DNA of 64,000 nucleotides from Vicinamibacteria bacterium. Lineage in GTDB: Bacteria; Acidobacteriota; Vicinamibacteria; Marinacidobacterales; Marinacidobacteraceae. The notes beneath the pieces are model-generated. The model saw only the letters and a list, made by a program, of their open reading frames with translations. It did not search any database and had not been told where the DNA came from. Location of the stretch: assembly GCA_963555995.3 (NCBI GenBank), contig OY821641.1, positions 3,168,001-3,232,000 of the forward strand, given 5' to 3'. The position numbers were made by a program, and so were the translations under genes. The number at the start of each line of letters is the position of its first letter. The first letter of the stretch is position 1. This document shows positions 27,607 to 37,072 of this stretch, piece after piece.

Positions 27607-27954
27607 AGCTACCGTCACTAATCGCTTCGGTGACGCCGAGCTACCGTCATTGTACGCACCGGTTGAGGCCGAGCTACCGTCACTAACCCGAAAATTCGGC
27701 CCCAGCTACCGTCATTAGCGCCCGAGCTACCGTCACTAAACGGATCGGACGCCTCCGAGCTACCGTCACTAACGCCGTCGGTGACTCCGAGCTACCGTCA
27801 CTAACGCCGCCGCAGACGCCCAGCTACCGTCACTAAACCGAAAATTCGGCCCCAGCTACCGTCATTAGCGCCCGAGCTACCGTCACTAAACGGATCGGAC
27901 GCCTCCAAGCTACCGTCACTAACGCCTTCGATGACGCCGGAGCTACCGTCACTA
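27607..27954. repeat. Array of 12 copies of AGCTACCGTCA(C/T)T(A/G) with variable spacers
   Basis: Cores start at 27607, 27639, 27672, 27704, 27725, 27758, 27790, 27822, 27854, 27875, 27908 and 27941. Confidence 0.95.
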
Positions 27955-27983
27955 TGCGAGCCTCTCGCAGCAACGGGGCCGAT

Positions 27984-28146
27984 GGGAGCGCCGGTCTTCA
28001 GACCGGCACGCGCTGCGCGACAGCGCAGCGCACGGCACAACGCTTCCGCACGTGATGGCGCCCGGCTCTCGGATCATCACCTTGAACACCGGCACGACAT
28101 CCGCAGGCCTCCGGCCCGCGGTGCCGGTCTGAAGACCGGCGCTCCC
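27984..28146. repeat. REPIN-like inverted REP doublet
   Basis: GGGAGCGCCGGTCTTCAGACCGGCA and its reverse complement at the two ends. Confidence 0.9.
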
Positions 28147-28309
28147 AGCCGGCGGCGCAACCTGCGCTAACGGACGTCTCGGCGAGACTGCATTTTCACA
28201 GCAACTGGCCGGCGCTCCCGGCCGGCGGCGCAACTTGCGCTGGTTGACGTTTCGCCGAAACCGCATTCTCACAGCAAACCCGATGTCGTCAAGACGCCGG
28301 CGTTCTTCG

Positions 28310-29307
28310 TCAGGACTCTTCGGTGTTCCGGAGCCGGTTCAGGAAGTCGTCCACGCTCCCGGCGGTGAAGGCGGCCGCGGCCACCGCCGTCCGCGAGGCC
28401 CGTGCGAGCACCGTTCGGTCCGCAGCGGGCAGATCCGCCGGGAAGGCCGGGGAAACTGCGAAGCCGCGGCGCCGTAACCACTCGCCCGCCATCGCCGCGC
28501 GCTCCTTCGCACGCGCCTCGGCGCGCTGCTCCCGCAGCAACGGGTCGTCGTCCGGATCGGTTCCCTCCCGCCGCCCGAGTTCCCGACCGACCCGGGACGC
28601 CACCGCCACCATCTCCGGCGACGGCGTCCGCTCGTTCAGCACCCGGTGCGCCTCCTCCGCCGTGAGGCTCGGGAACGCCCGGCTCTCCCCGCTCTCCCGG
28701 TACTCCCCATCCTCCAGCAGGTAAATCGTCAACCCCGGCCGCAACCCCCGGGGACGAACTGGCGCATGCGCGTCTGGAACCTCCACCCACAACTCCGGAA
28801 AACCCCAGTCCGCGTACACCAGCAGCTTGTTCCGCCGCACGTCCGTCGTGTCGTCCACCTCCAGCACCACGTCCGGGTGCTCCTGCGGCGCTCCCCATAC
28901 GTACCTCGATCCGATCCGGTCCTGCCGCTGCGGATCCAGGAACACCATCTCGTCCGAGTGCATCACCCGCACCAGCTCCCGGTCCGCGTCGAGCAGGCGC
29001 AACCCCGCCGCACCCCTCGGAGCGCCAGCCTCCGGCTGGCATCGCGCGGGAGCGCGAAACCCGCGCTGATGGCGCTTCTCGACGTGAACCAGGAACCCGC
29101 GTCCGGCCTGTTTCGGGCAGCGTTGCGCCGTTCCCGCTTGGAACCACGCCATAGGGGTCGGTGGCGATGCGTGTTTCGCTCCCCTGCGGGGAGCGATGCC
29201 GGCCGGAGGCCGGCGCTCCGAACCCCAGCCGTCTCCGCCCTTTTCATGCCCGGCGGGGTGCGCACCAGGACCGATCGAGAGGGTTCCGCTGCTGCCCCGT
29301 TCGCCAT
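28310..29307 (-). pseudogene. Uma2-like gene disrupted by a REP doublet
   Basis: The 3' ~700 bp are closely similar to 40991..41989. The start MANGAAAEPSRS survives at 29307. 29019-29219 is a variant REP doublet replacing coding sequence. Confidence 0.75.
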
Positions 29308-29487
29308 CCCCGGAGCCCAGGCCCGGGCGGCCGGCGGTCTGCCGAGCGGCACACCACGCCTTCCCGGGGTGTCGGGTTCCGTCGCGCTTCCAAGGCAGAA
29401 TCCCCACCACGGTCAAGCCCACGGATGAGCCCGCCGCTTCCGCTCCCCGCCGCCCCCGCTCGCGGGTACCCTCCCCACGGGGACCGC

Positions 29488-30636
29488 ATGGACGCCATCT
29501 ACCTCGACTACAACGGGTCCGCCCCGCTGGACCCCCGCGTCGCCGAGGTCATGGTCCGCGCCCTCACCGACGGGCTGGGGAACGCCGCCTCCGCCCACCG
29601 CTTCGGGCTCCGGCAGGCGGCGGCGGCCGACGAGGCCCGCGAGCACGTCGCCGCCATGGTCGGAGGCCGCCCCTCGGGGGTCATCTTCACCTCGGGAGCC
29701 ACCGAGGCGAACAACCTCGCGCTGCGCGGAGCCGTCGAAGGACGGCCGCCCGAACGCCCCCGAATCCTCGTCTCGGCGGTGGAGCACGCCTCCGTCTCCC
29801 GGACGGCGGCATGGCTCGGCGAGTCGGGCCAGGCCGAGGTCGGGACCCTTCCGGTGACCCCCGGCGGTTTCGTGGACCCGGACGAGGTCGGCGCGATGAT
29901 AGATTCCGATGTTCTGTTGGTATCCGTCATGGCCGCCAACAGCGAGACAGGCGTTCTCAACCCGGTGGGCGAGATCGCCGAGCGCGTCCACGCCGCCGGC
30001 GCGCTGTTCCACTGCGACGCCACCCAGTTCGCCGGACGGCTACCGTTCGACATGGAGGAGGCCGGAGCCGACCTGGTGTCCGTCAGCAGTCACAAGATCT
30101 GCGGGCCGACCGGCGCGGGCGCGCTGATCGGCGCCCGGGCCGCCCTCAAGCGGCTTCGTCCGGTGCTCCACGGCGGGGGCCACGAGCGCGGGCTCCGTTC
30201 CGGGTCGCTCAACGTCGCCGGCATCGTCGGGTTCGGGGCCGCCGCCCGGATCGCCACCGAGGAACGGACGGCCGAGCGGCGCCAGGTCGCGGGGCTCCGG
30301 GACGAACTCGTCACCCGCCTGCGGGAGCGCCTCCCCGGCGTCCACGAACTCGGGGACACCGGCCGGAGGCTGCCGAACACCGCCTGCCTCCGGTTCGCGG
30401 GGGCCGACGGCCAGGCGGTCGCCACCCGCATGGACCCGGTCGCGGTCTCCCTGGGCAGCGCGTGCCACTCCGGCTCCATCGAGCCGTCCGCGACGCTGGT
30501 GGCGATGGGGATACCCCGGGACGACGCCTTCGAGGCGGTGCGGTTCAGCGTGGGCCGGTTCACGACCACGCAGGAGATCGAGGTCGCGGTCGAGGCGGCG
30601 GTCACCGCCGTCGAGTTCGTCCGGGAGATGATGTAG
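29488..30636 (+). CDS. sspA: Cysteine desulfurase, SspA/DndA-like
   Basis: IYLDYNGSAP, FTSGATEANN, PLP lysine SSHK, catalytic GSAC; first gene of the operon with DUF4007, ATPase and PAPS reductase. Confidence 0.85.
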   Translation: MDAIYLDYNGSAPLDPRVAEVMVRALTDGLGNAASAHRFGLRQAAAADEAREHVAAMVGGRPSGVIFTSGATEANNLALRGAVEGRPPERPRILVSAVEHASVSRTAAWLGESGQAEVGTLPVTPGGFVDPDEVGAMIDSDVLLVSVMAANSETGVLNPVGEIAERVHAAGALFHCDATQFAGRLPFDMEEAGADLVSVSSHKICGPTGAGALIGARAALKRLRPVLHGGGHERGLRSGSLNVAGIVGFGAAARIATEERTAERRQVAGLRDELVTRLRERLPGVHELGDTGRRLPNTACLRFAGADGQAVATRMDPVAVSLGSACHSGSIEPSATLVAMGIPRDDAFEAVRFSVGRFTTTQEIEVAVEAAVTAVEFVREMM

Positions 30637-30646
30637 GGGAGAACCG

Positions 30647-31576
30647 ATGCGACTGACCGACGCCGCGGAGCGCTCCTTCGCCCGCCACGAGACTTTCCAC
30701 CCGCGCTACGGCTGGTTCCGGAAGGCGTACCGGTCAGTGGCCGAGGATCCGCACGTCTTCGACTATGAGGACGCGCCAGTCCGTATCGGGGTCGGAAAGA
30801 ACATGGTCCGCGCGATCCGGTTCTGGGGGCTTGCCGCCGGCCTGATCACCAACACGTCCGAACACCGCCGCCGGAAGCGTCTGAAACCGACGCCCTTCGG
30901 GGAGCAGCTCTTCGGCGAATCAGGGTGGGATCCGTGGATGGAAGACCCCGGAACCCTCTGGCTGATCCACTGGCGGCTCCTGCGAAAGCATTGCCTACTA
31001 CCGGTCTGGTGGCTCGCCTTCAACGAGTTCCACCCCATCGAGTTCACCGACGACACCCTCGAAGACGTGGTCGTCCACCAGATCGAAGGAACATCCGGTT
31101 GGAAGTCCCCGCACCCCTCATCACTGAAGAAGGACGTGAGCGCGCTGCTCCGCACCTACGCGCCACAGGACCGGAAGAAACGCAGCGGCACTGACGATGC
31201 GCTGGACTGCCCGCTTCGCGAACTCGGCCTGATCCGCCGCGCCGCAAACCCCGGCCGGTACCGCTTCATCCTCGGCGAGAAGCCACATCTGCCGTCCGCG
31301 GTCGCTACGGCCGCCGCGCTGGAGTTCGCGGGCTTGACCGGCGGCGCAGGAAACACAATCGCGGTCTCGCGCTTGGTCCACGAACCGGGCTCGCCAGGCA
31401 AGGCATTCAAGCTCAACGAGGCAGAATTGCTCGCGGCCCTCGAACCCACAGTTCAGCGACAAAGCATTATCGGGCTGACCTCCAGTACCGGCGCGCACGT
31501 CCTCTCCTGGTCCGGAGCCCCGGACGATCTCGCGGGCACTGTCCTCGCCGACTACTACGGCTCGGAGGGTCCCTGA
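30647..31576 (+). CDS. sspB: DUF4007 protein, SspB-like
   Basis: FARHETFHPRYGWFRKA, IGVGKNMVRAIRFW, DPWMEDPGTLWLIHW, CPLRELGLI. Confidence 0.9.
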   Translation: MRLTDAAERSFARHETFHPRYGWFRKAYRSVAEDPHVFDYEDAPVRIGVGKNMVRAIRFWGLAAGLITNTSEHRRRKRLKPTPFGEQLFGESGWDPWMEDPGTLWLIHWRLLRKHCLLPVWWLAFNEFHPIEFTDDTLEDVVVHQIEGTSGWKSPHPSSLKKDVSALLRTYAPQDRKKRSGTDDALDCPLRELGLIRRAANPGRYRFILGEKPHLPSAVATAAALEFAGLTGGAGNTIAVSRLVHEPGSPGKAFKLNEAELLAALEPTVQRQSIIGLTSSTGAHVLSWSGAPDDLAGTVLADYYGSEGP

Positions 31577-34500
31577 TGCCTACGCTCGCCGATTCCGTCT
31601 CGGTACGGACCCGGTTCGCCCGCTCGGCGAACCTGGAACGCGACTCGGGCCGGTCGGAACCCTTCGACGGCTACATCGTCACCGGCAGGGCGCTCGACAT
31701 GATCGAGCGGCTGACGAGCGCGGCGCTCGCGGGGAGGGCCGGCGGAGCGTGGTCCGTAACCGGCCCTCACGGTTCGGGCAAGTCCTCTCTTGCCCTTCTC
31801 CTTGATGCCGCGTTCGGCCCCGGCAAGCGCCTCCGAAGTACCGCTCTGGACCTGATCGCCGACGCATCCCCGGCGGCGGCAGAAGCCATTCAGGACGCGC
31901 ACCGACGCCACAGCACACGTCGGAAAGGCTTCCAGCGCGGCCTAGTCACCGCGCAGCGGGAACCGATCGCCCGGACGTTGCTGCAAGGACTCCACGCCGC
32001 GATCCTCGGGACCTGGGGCCGGATCCCTTCCGCGCGCGAGTTCCCGGCTTCCCGACTGTTGAAAGAGGCGCTACGGAACGCGGAGGCACCGAACATTTGG
32101 CAGAACGGAGCATTTGCCTCAACCATCGTCGAAATTGCCAAGTCTCTCGCCGACCGCGCTCCTCTGCTGCTGATCGTGGACGAATTCGGCAAGAGCCTGG
32201 AGGCGATCAGGGACGGTGGCGACGCCGACCCGTACGTCCTGCAGCAACTCGCCGAGACCGGACAGGGCGGAGGACTTCCGATCTTCGTCATCACCCTCCA
32301 ACATCTGTCCTTCGACGACTACTTGATCGGGGCGGAAGCATCGAAGCGCCGCGAATGGGCAAAGGTGCAGGGGCGGTTCGAAGACGTGGCCTATGTGGAG
32401 TCCGCCCGTCAGTCTCGGAGGCTCATTGGATCAGTTTTCGACATCCGGAGCGACGCGCTACGGGTACGCATCCGAAGCACCGCCCAGAGTTACTCGGAAG
32501 CGCTGAGCCGACTTGGGATAGCGAATGGAACCGATACGGAGGTCCTCGCCTCCTGTTATCCCTTGCATCCGCTTGTCGCTTTGGTGCTGCCCGAACTGTG
32601 CAGCCGGTACGGCCAACACGAACGCACTCTTTTCTCCTTCCTCGCTGGGGCGGACCCGGCAAGCGCGGCGTCGTTCCTCGCGGCGGGGGACATCGAGGAG
32701 TCGAACTCGCTGCCGCTGGTCGGCCTGGATTTGGTGTACGACTACTTCGTCGGAGGCGCTGCGGCTTCGAATGGCGCCCTTTCGCATTCGAGTCGCTGGA
32801 CCAAGATCGCCACCCGGTTGCGAGACATCCACGGGCTGTCCCCGGCACAGACCCGTCTCGCCAAGTCCATCGCCCTCGTCAACCTTGTCTCGACCAGCGG
32901 GACGATCCGGGCGTCGCGCGAGATTCTGACCTTGGCAGCGTCGAAGCCGGAGCAGGACCTTCGGGCGCTGGAAGCACGGGGCATCATCACCTACCGCGCG
33001 TTCGCGGACGAGTACCGGATCTGGCAGGGCACGGACACTGACCTTCGCCGTCTCTTGGATGCGGCGTACGAGCGGCTCCATCACCGATCTCTGTTCGACA
33101 TCCTTTCCGAAATGGAGGTGCCTCCCCCGGTGGTTGCGGCACGCCACAGCGCCCAGAATCATGTGCTGCGCGTCTTCAAGCGACGGTACTTCGAGGCAGG
33201 AGAACCAGTCGAGCCGCTTGCCCCCTCTTCGCCATTCGACGGTGAGGTCCTGCTCAACGTCGGCCCCTTGGTTCCGACCTTGCCGGTACCCGGTCCGGGC
33301 GTTAAGCCCACGATCGCGGCAACGCCAAGTAGCACGACAGACTTGGACCGCGCCGCACGCGAAGTGGCAGCGGTCTTGGCAGTACTCAAAGATCCGGTCG
33401 TCGCCGACGATCCGGTAGCTCGCGCGGAACTCGCCGAACGACTCGCCCAAGCCCGTGCAGCCTTCGACCACGCCTTCGGCATCGCGTTTCGGGCGGATGC
33501 TTGCCGCTGGACGATGTGCCTCAAGCGATCGACCGCAAGGGAGCTGCACCCAGGCCGGGGGAGCGCTCCACTGTCGGAGGCCGCCGACCTCGCCTACGAG
33601 TACACCCCGGTGATCTCCAACGAAATGCTCAATCGGACGGAACTCACCTCTCAGGGTGCGAAGGCCCGGCGGATAGTGCTCCAGGCGATGATCGAGCACG
33701 GTTCGGAGCCGGATCTTGGCTTCAAGGGATACGGGCCGGAGGTGGCGATGTATCGGGCGGTCCTGGAGAGGACCGGCCTTCACGGGTTCGCACCGGACGC
33801 GGAAGAGCGAGGCTTCCGCGAACCCTCCGAGAAATCGCTCGGGCGGGCGTGGCATTCCGTTCAGCGGGGGTTCGAGCGAGCCCAGACCCAGCGCATCAAC
33901 CTCCGCAACCTCTATAGCGACCTTCTGTCGCCGCCAATCGGAATGAAGGCCGGGGTTATTCCCGTTTTCCTGACCGTCGCGCTTCTAGTGAGGTGTGACG
34001 ACATCGCGATCTATGAACACGGCACATTCAAGCCACTCTTGACGGCTGACCTGTCGGAACGGATGGTTCGGAACCCAGCCCACTTCGAGATCAAGTGCTT
34101 CGCGAACACCGAGGGGGCGCGGGGGCAGGTCGTCTCCGCGCTCGCAGAGTACCTACACATTCGAGGGAGCTCTCGCGGGTACAGGGTCGCCAACGTAGTC
34201 GCCGTGGTCGGGCATTTGGTCTCGAAGATCCGGCGGCTGGATCACTTCACTCTGAGGACTGGCGATCTCAGCAAGGCGGCGTCGGCAGTACGGGACGTCG
34301 TGGTCGCTGCTGTGGAGCCAGACGAACTGCTGTTCGACTCCCTCCCGACCGCACTCGGCTTTCCTCCCGTCCCGGCGAACGCTCCGAGCTACGAAGCCGC
34401 GATCGGTTACGCGCAGACGGTGACCGAGGCACTTAGGGAACTGAGCGCCCGGCCCGATAGACTGCTTGCGGAACTGCTCCAGCTGTTGCTCGATACCAGC

Positions 34501-35031
34501 GCCGAGACATCCCGGGTAGCGATTTCCCGTCAGGCGGCGGCGCTGGAAGGGCATGTTCTCGACCCCGAATTGAGGGCCTTCGTGCTGACGCTAGCGAGCG
34601 ACGCCTCCGAGACCGACTCGGACTGGATGCGCGCCATTGCGACAGTCGTCGCCAAGAAGGCACCATCTGAGTGGAGTAAAGAGGACATGGTGTGGTTCGA
34701 CCGCGAACTCTCTGCCCGCGTGGCGGCCTTCCACCGGCTCATCGCTCTCCACGCCGACAACCAGACCAGTGGCGCGCCCGACGCGTTGCGCGTGACACTA
34801 ACCCGTGCCGATGGCAGCGAGCACAACCGGTTGGTCGCTATTGACGCGAAGGATCGCCCCGAGGCGGAACGCGCCCTTGACGCCGCCCTTGTCGAGCTAG
34901 CTGAGATCACTGGGTCTCCCCACCATGCCCACAAGGCCCTGCTCGCTCTGCTGGGTGAACGCTTGCTGCCCGATCGGCCCGAGAGTGCAGATCAGTCCGC
35001 ACATCTGCTGCGGAGGGCAGTCAATGTCTGA
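31576..35031 (+). CDS. sspC: Large P-loop ATPase, SspC-like
   Basis: RFARSANLERD, Walker A GPHGSGKS, Walker B IVDEFGK, EWAKVQGRF, CYPLHP, QHERTLFSFL. Confidence 0.88.
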   Translation: MPTLADSVSVRTRFARSANLERDSGRSEPFDGYIVTGRALDMIERLTSAALAGRAGGAWSVTGPHGSGKSSLALLLDAAFGPGKRLRSTALDLIADASPAAAEAIQDAHRRHSTRRKGFQRGLVTAQREPIARTLLQGLHAAILGTWGRIPSAREFPASRLLKEALRNAEAPNIWQNGAFASTIVEIAKSLADRAPLLLIVDEFGKSLEAIRDGGDADPYVLQQLAETGQGGGLPIFVITLQHLSFDDYLIGAEASKRREWAKVQGRFEDVAYVESARQSRRLIGSVFDIRSDALRVRIRSTAQSYSEALSRLGIANGTDTEVLASCYPLHPLVALVLPELCSRYGQHERTLFSFLAGADPASAASFLAAGDIEESNSLPLVGLDLVYDYFVGGAAASNGALSHSSRWTKIATRLRDIHGLSPAQTRLAKSIALVNLVSTSGTIRASREILTLAASKPEQDLRALEARGIITYRAFADEYRIWQGTDTDLRRLLDAAYERLHHRSLFDILSEMEVPPPVVAARHSAQNHVLRVFKRRYFEAGEPVEPLAPSSPFDGEVLLNVGPLVPTLPVPGPGVKPTIAATPSSTTDLDRAAREVAAVLAVLKDPVVADDPVARAELAERLAQARAAFDHAFGIAFRADACRWTMCLKRSTARELHPGRGSAPLSEAADLAYEYTPVISNEMLNRTELTSQGAKARRIVLQAMIEHGSEPDLGFKGYGPEVAMYRAVLERTGLHGFAPDAEERGFREPSEKSLGRAWHSVQRGFERAQTQRINLRNLYSDLLSPPIGMKAGVIPVFLTVALLVRCDDIAIYEHGTFKPLLTADLSERMVRNPAHFEIKCFANTEGARGQVVSALAEYLHIRGSSRGYRVANVVAVVGHLVSKIRRLDHFTLRTGDLSKAASAVRDVVVAAVEPDELLFDSLPTALGFPPVPANAPSYEAAIGYAQTVTEALRELSARPDRLLAELLQLLLDTSAETSRVAISRQAAALEGHVLDPELRAFVLTLASDASETDSDWMRAIATVVAKKAPSEWSKEDMVWFDRELSARVAAFHRLIALHADNQTSGAPDALRVTLTRADGSEHNRLVAIDAKDRPEAERALDAALVELAEITGSPHHAHKALLALLGERLLPDRPESADQSAHLLRRAVNV

Positions 35032-35872
35032 GGACACCCGCCATATCTGTGGCATATCCGGCGGCAAGGATTCCAGCGCACTCGCGGTCTATCTGCGCGG
35101 CAAAGTGCAGGGCATGGAGTACTTCTTCTGTGATACCGGCGCCGAACTCCCGGAGACCTACGAATATCTCACCCGGCTTGAAGTCCTGCTCGGCCAGCCC
35201 ATAGTCCGCTTGAACGCCGAGCGAGGCTTTGACCACTGGTTCGAGGTGTTCCGTGGCGCGCTCCCGTCGCCCCAAATGCGCTGGTGCACCAAGAATATGA
35301 AGATCAAGCCGATCGAGGCGTGGATCGGGGACGAGCCGGCGGTGTCCTACGTGGCGATCCGGGCCGACGAGGCGAACCGGAAGGGCTACATCTCCACGAA
35401 GCCCAACATCCAAAGCCGATTCCCGTTCGTCGAGGACGGCGTCGACCGCGCCGGGGTAATGCGGATTCTCGAGGACGCTGGGATCGGCCTCCCGCACTAC
35501 TACGAGTGGCGTACCCGGTCAGGCTGCTATTTCTGCTTCTATCAGCGCAAGGCGGAGTGGGTCGGCCTCGCGGACCGCCACCCGGACCTCTTCGAACGCG
35601 CCGTCGCGATTGAGCAGAAGGTGCTGCAAGACGCCGGGGTTGACGGCGACGCCGACTTCGGCGATCAGGCCATGCGGGGTCGGAACTACACCTGGTCGGG
35701 CGGCGAAAGCCTTCCCCAGCTCCTTGCCCGGCGGAACGAGATCATCGCCAAGCATCGGGATTCGCTGGCTCGCTCTCGTCGTCCCCAACAGAATGTTCCT
35801 CTCTTGGAGGCACTAGCTGACGCTCTCGACGAAGAAGACGATACCGCGCCGTGTGCGGTGTGCGCTCTATAG
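35024..35872 (+). CDS. sspD: PAPS-reductase-family protein, SspD-like
   Basis: PP-loop SGGKDS, DTGAELPETY, RWCT, RSGCYFCFYQ, C-terminal CAVC. Confidence 0.9.
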   Translation: MSEDTRHICGISGGKDSSALAVYLRGKVQGMEYFFCDTGAELPETYEYLTRLEVLLGQPIVRLNAERGFDHWFEVFRGALPSPQMRWCTKNMKIKPIEAWIGDEPAVSYVAIRADEANRKGYISTKPNIQSRFPFVEDGVDRAGVMRILEDAGIGLPHYYEWRTRSGCYFCFYQRKAEWVGLADRHPDLFERAVAIEQKVLQDAGVDGDADFGDQAMRGRNYTWSGGESLPQLLARRNEIIAKHRDSLARSRRPQQNVPLLEALADALDEEDDTAPCAVCAL

Positions 35873-35963
35873 CAAGAAATGTCCGTTCACCTCTTGGTTT
35901 ACTCGTCACTCCGTGCGTTCGGGACCCTTAACCTGCTCAGGAAATCCTTTAAAGGAGATCGCT

Positions 35964-37043
35964 TTGCGCATATCGACCAGTGAGTGGAGTGTTCGCATGC
36001 TGACGGACTTCCAGCACCGGATGAACACCGATGCCGAGTACCAGCGAGGCAAGGTCTGGTCCGAACCACAGCGGGTGCTCCTCATTGACTCCATTCTTCG
36101 TGGCTTCGCTATCCCAACTATCTTCCTTCGGAAACATGACGGTGGCGACGAATACCTGTTCGACGTCGTTGACGGAAAACAACGTCTCACGGCGATATGG
36201 CGCTTTCTCTCAAACGACATCCGTCTCCTACGCAATGCTGAAGAATACCCCGGCCTTGGCAATCTGGGTGGGCAATGCTGGTCCGATCTCTCCAGAAAGG
36301 CGCAGGATCACCTGCAATTCGCGAATATAACTGTCTCAAAAATCGAAAATGCCAGCGACGATCAGATACGGGAGCTCTTTCTTCGCCTACAAAAGGGGGA
36401 ACCACTGAACGCCGCGGAGAAACGTAATGCCATGTCGGGTCCAGTGCGCGATTTCGTCGCAAAGAAGCTCGCCAAGCACCCTCTCTGGCCAACGACCGGG
36501 ATTAGTCCGAAGCGATTCGGAACAGATGAGCATTCCGCCATATTGCTAGCGTTGATGTACCACCGAGGGCCAACTGCCATTAAGGGCGCCGATCTCCAAA
36601 AGCTCTACGAAGACGACGACTTCGATCCCCGAGGTACAGCGGCACTCCAGTCCATAGAACTTCTCGATGATCTCTACGCTGTTTCTAGGAAGGATCCGCG
36701 AACTATTCGGACTCGGTGGGGTCTCGTCGATCTCTCACTTGTTCTTATGCGTGCTCGCAAGGACGGTATAAGGATCGACGCGAGCCAAGTCATGAATTTC
36801 TATAAGGAGTTCGAGGAAGAGCGAAAAAAGGCGAGTGTCGCCTGGACAGATTTTCAAACTCGCATGACTGAAATGACTATAGGAGAGGACACGCCAAGCG
36901 ATGCGTGGGGTCAACACAACATTCCAGAAGAGATCCTTAACTATCACCGGGCTTTCGCACGCGAGGGTGGTAGCGCCCAGAACATCGACTTCCGATACAA
37001 AATCATGTACAAGAAGTTTCTGGATCATCTTGGACGTCCATAG
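35964..37043 (+). CDS. DUF262 (ParB-like/GmrSD N-terminal) protein without an evident HNH domain
   Basis: TTG start after AAGGAG; YQRGKVW, LIDSILRGFAIP, VVDGKQRL, FLRLQKGEPLNAAE. Confidence 0.85.
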   Translation: MRISTSEWSVRMLTDFQHRMNTDAEYQRGKVWSEPQRVLLIDSILRGFAIPTIFLRKHDGGDEYLFDVVDGKQRLTAIWRFLSNDIRLLRNAEEYPGLGNLGGQCWSDLSRKAQDHLQFANITVSKIENASDDQIRELFLRLQKGEPLNAAEKRNAMSGPVRDFVAKKLAKHPLWPTTGISPKRFGTDEHSAILLALMYHRGPTAIKGADLQKLYEDDDFDPRGTAALQSIELLDDLYAVSRKDPRTIRTRWGLVDLSLVLMRARKDGIRIDASQVMNFYKEFEEERKKASVAWTDFQTRMTEMTIGEDTPSDAWGQHNIPEEILNYHRAFAREGGSAQNIDFRYKIMYKKFLDHLGRP

Positions 37044-37072
37044 CTAGGTCGCCACTGTACAACGATTCGATC

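Noticed and set aside
27607-27954. CRISPR array
   Set aside because: The core is only 14 bp and non-palindromic, spacers are 7-19 nt and partly duplicated or related, and no cas genes are in the window
29488-35872. BREX type 4 or Dnd system
   Set aside because: No PglZ/BrxL or DndB/D/E-like genes are visible; gene content fits sspABCD
35964-37043. Canonical sspE
   Set aside because: Too short, and no DUF1524/HNH motif is seen in the ORF or downstream
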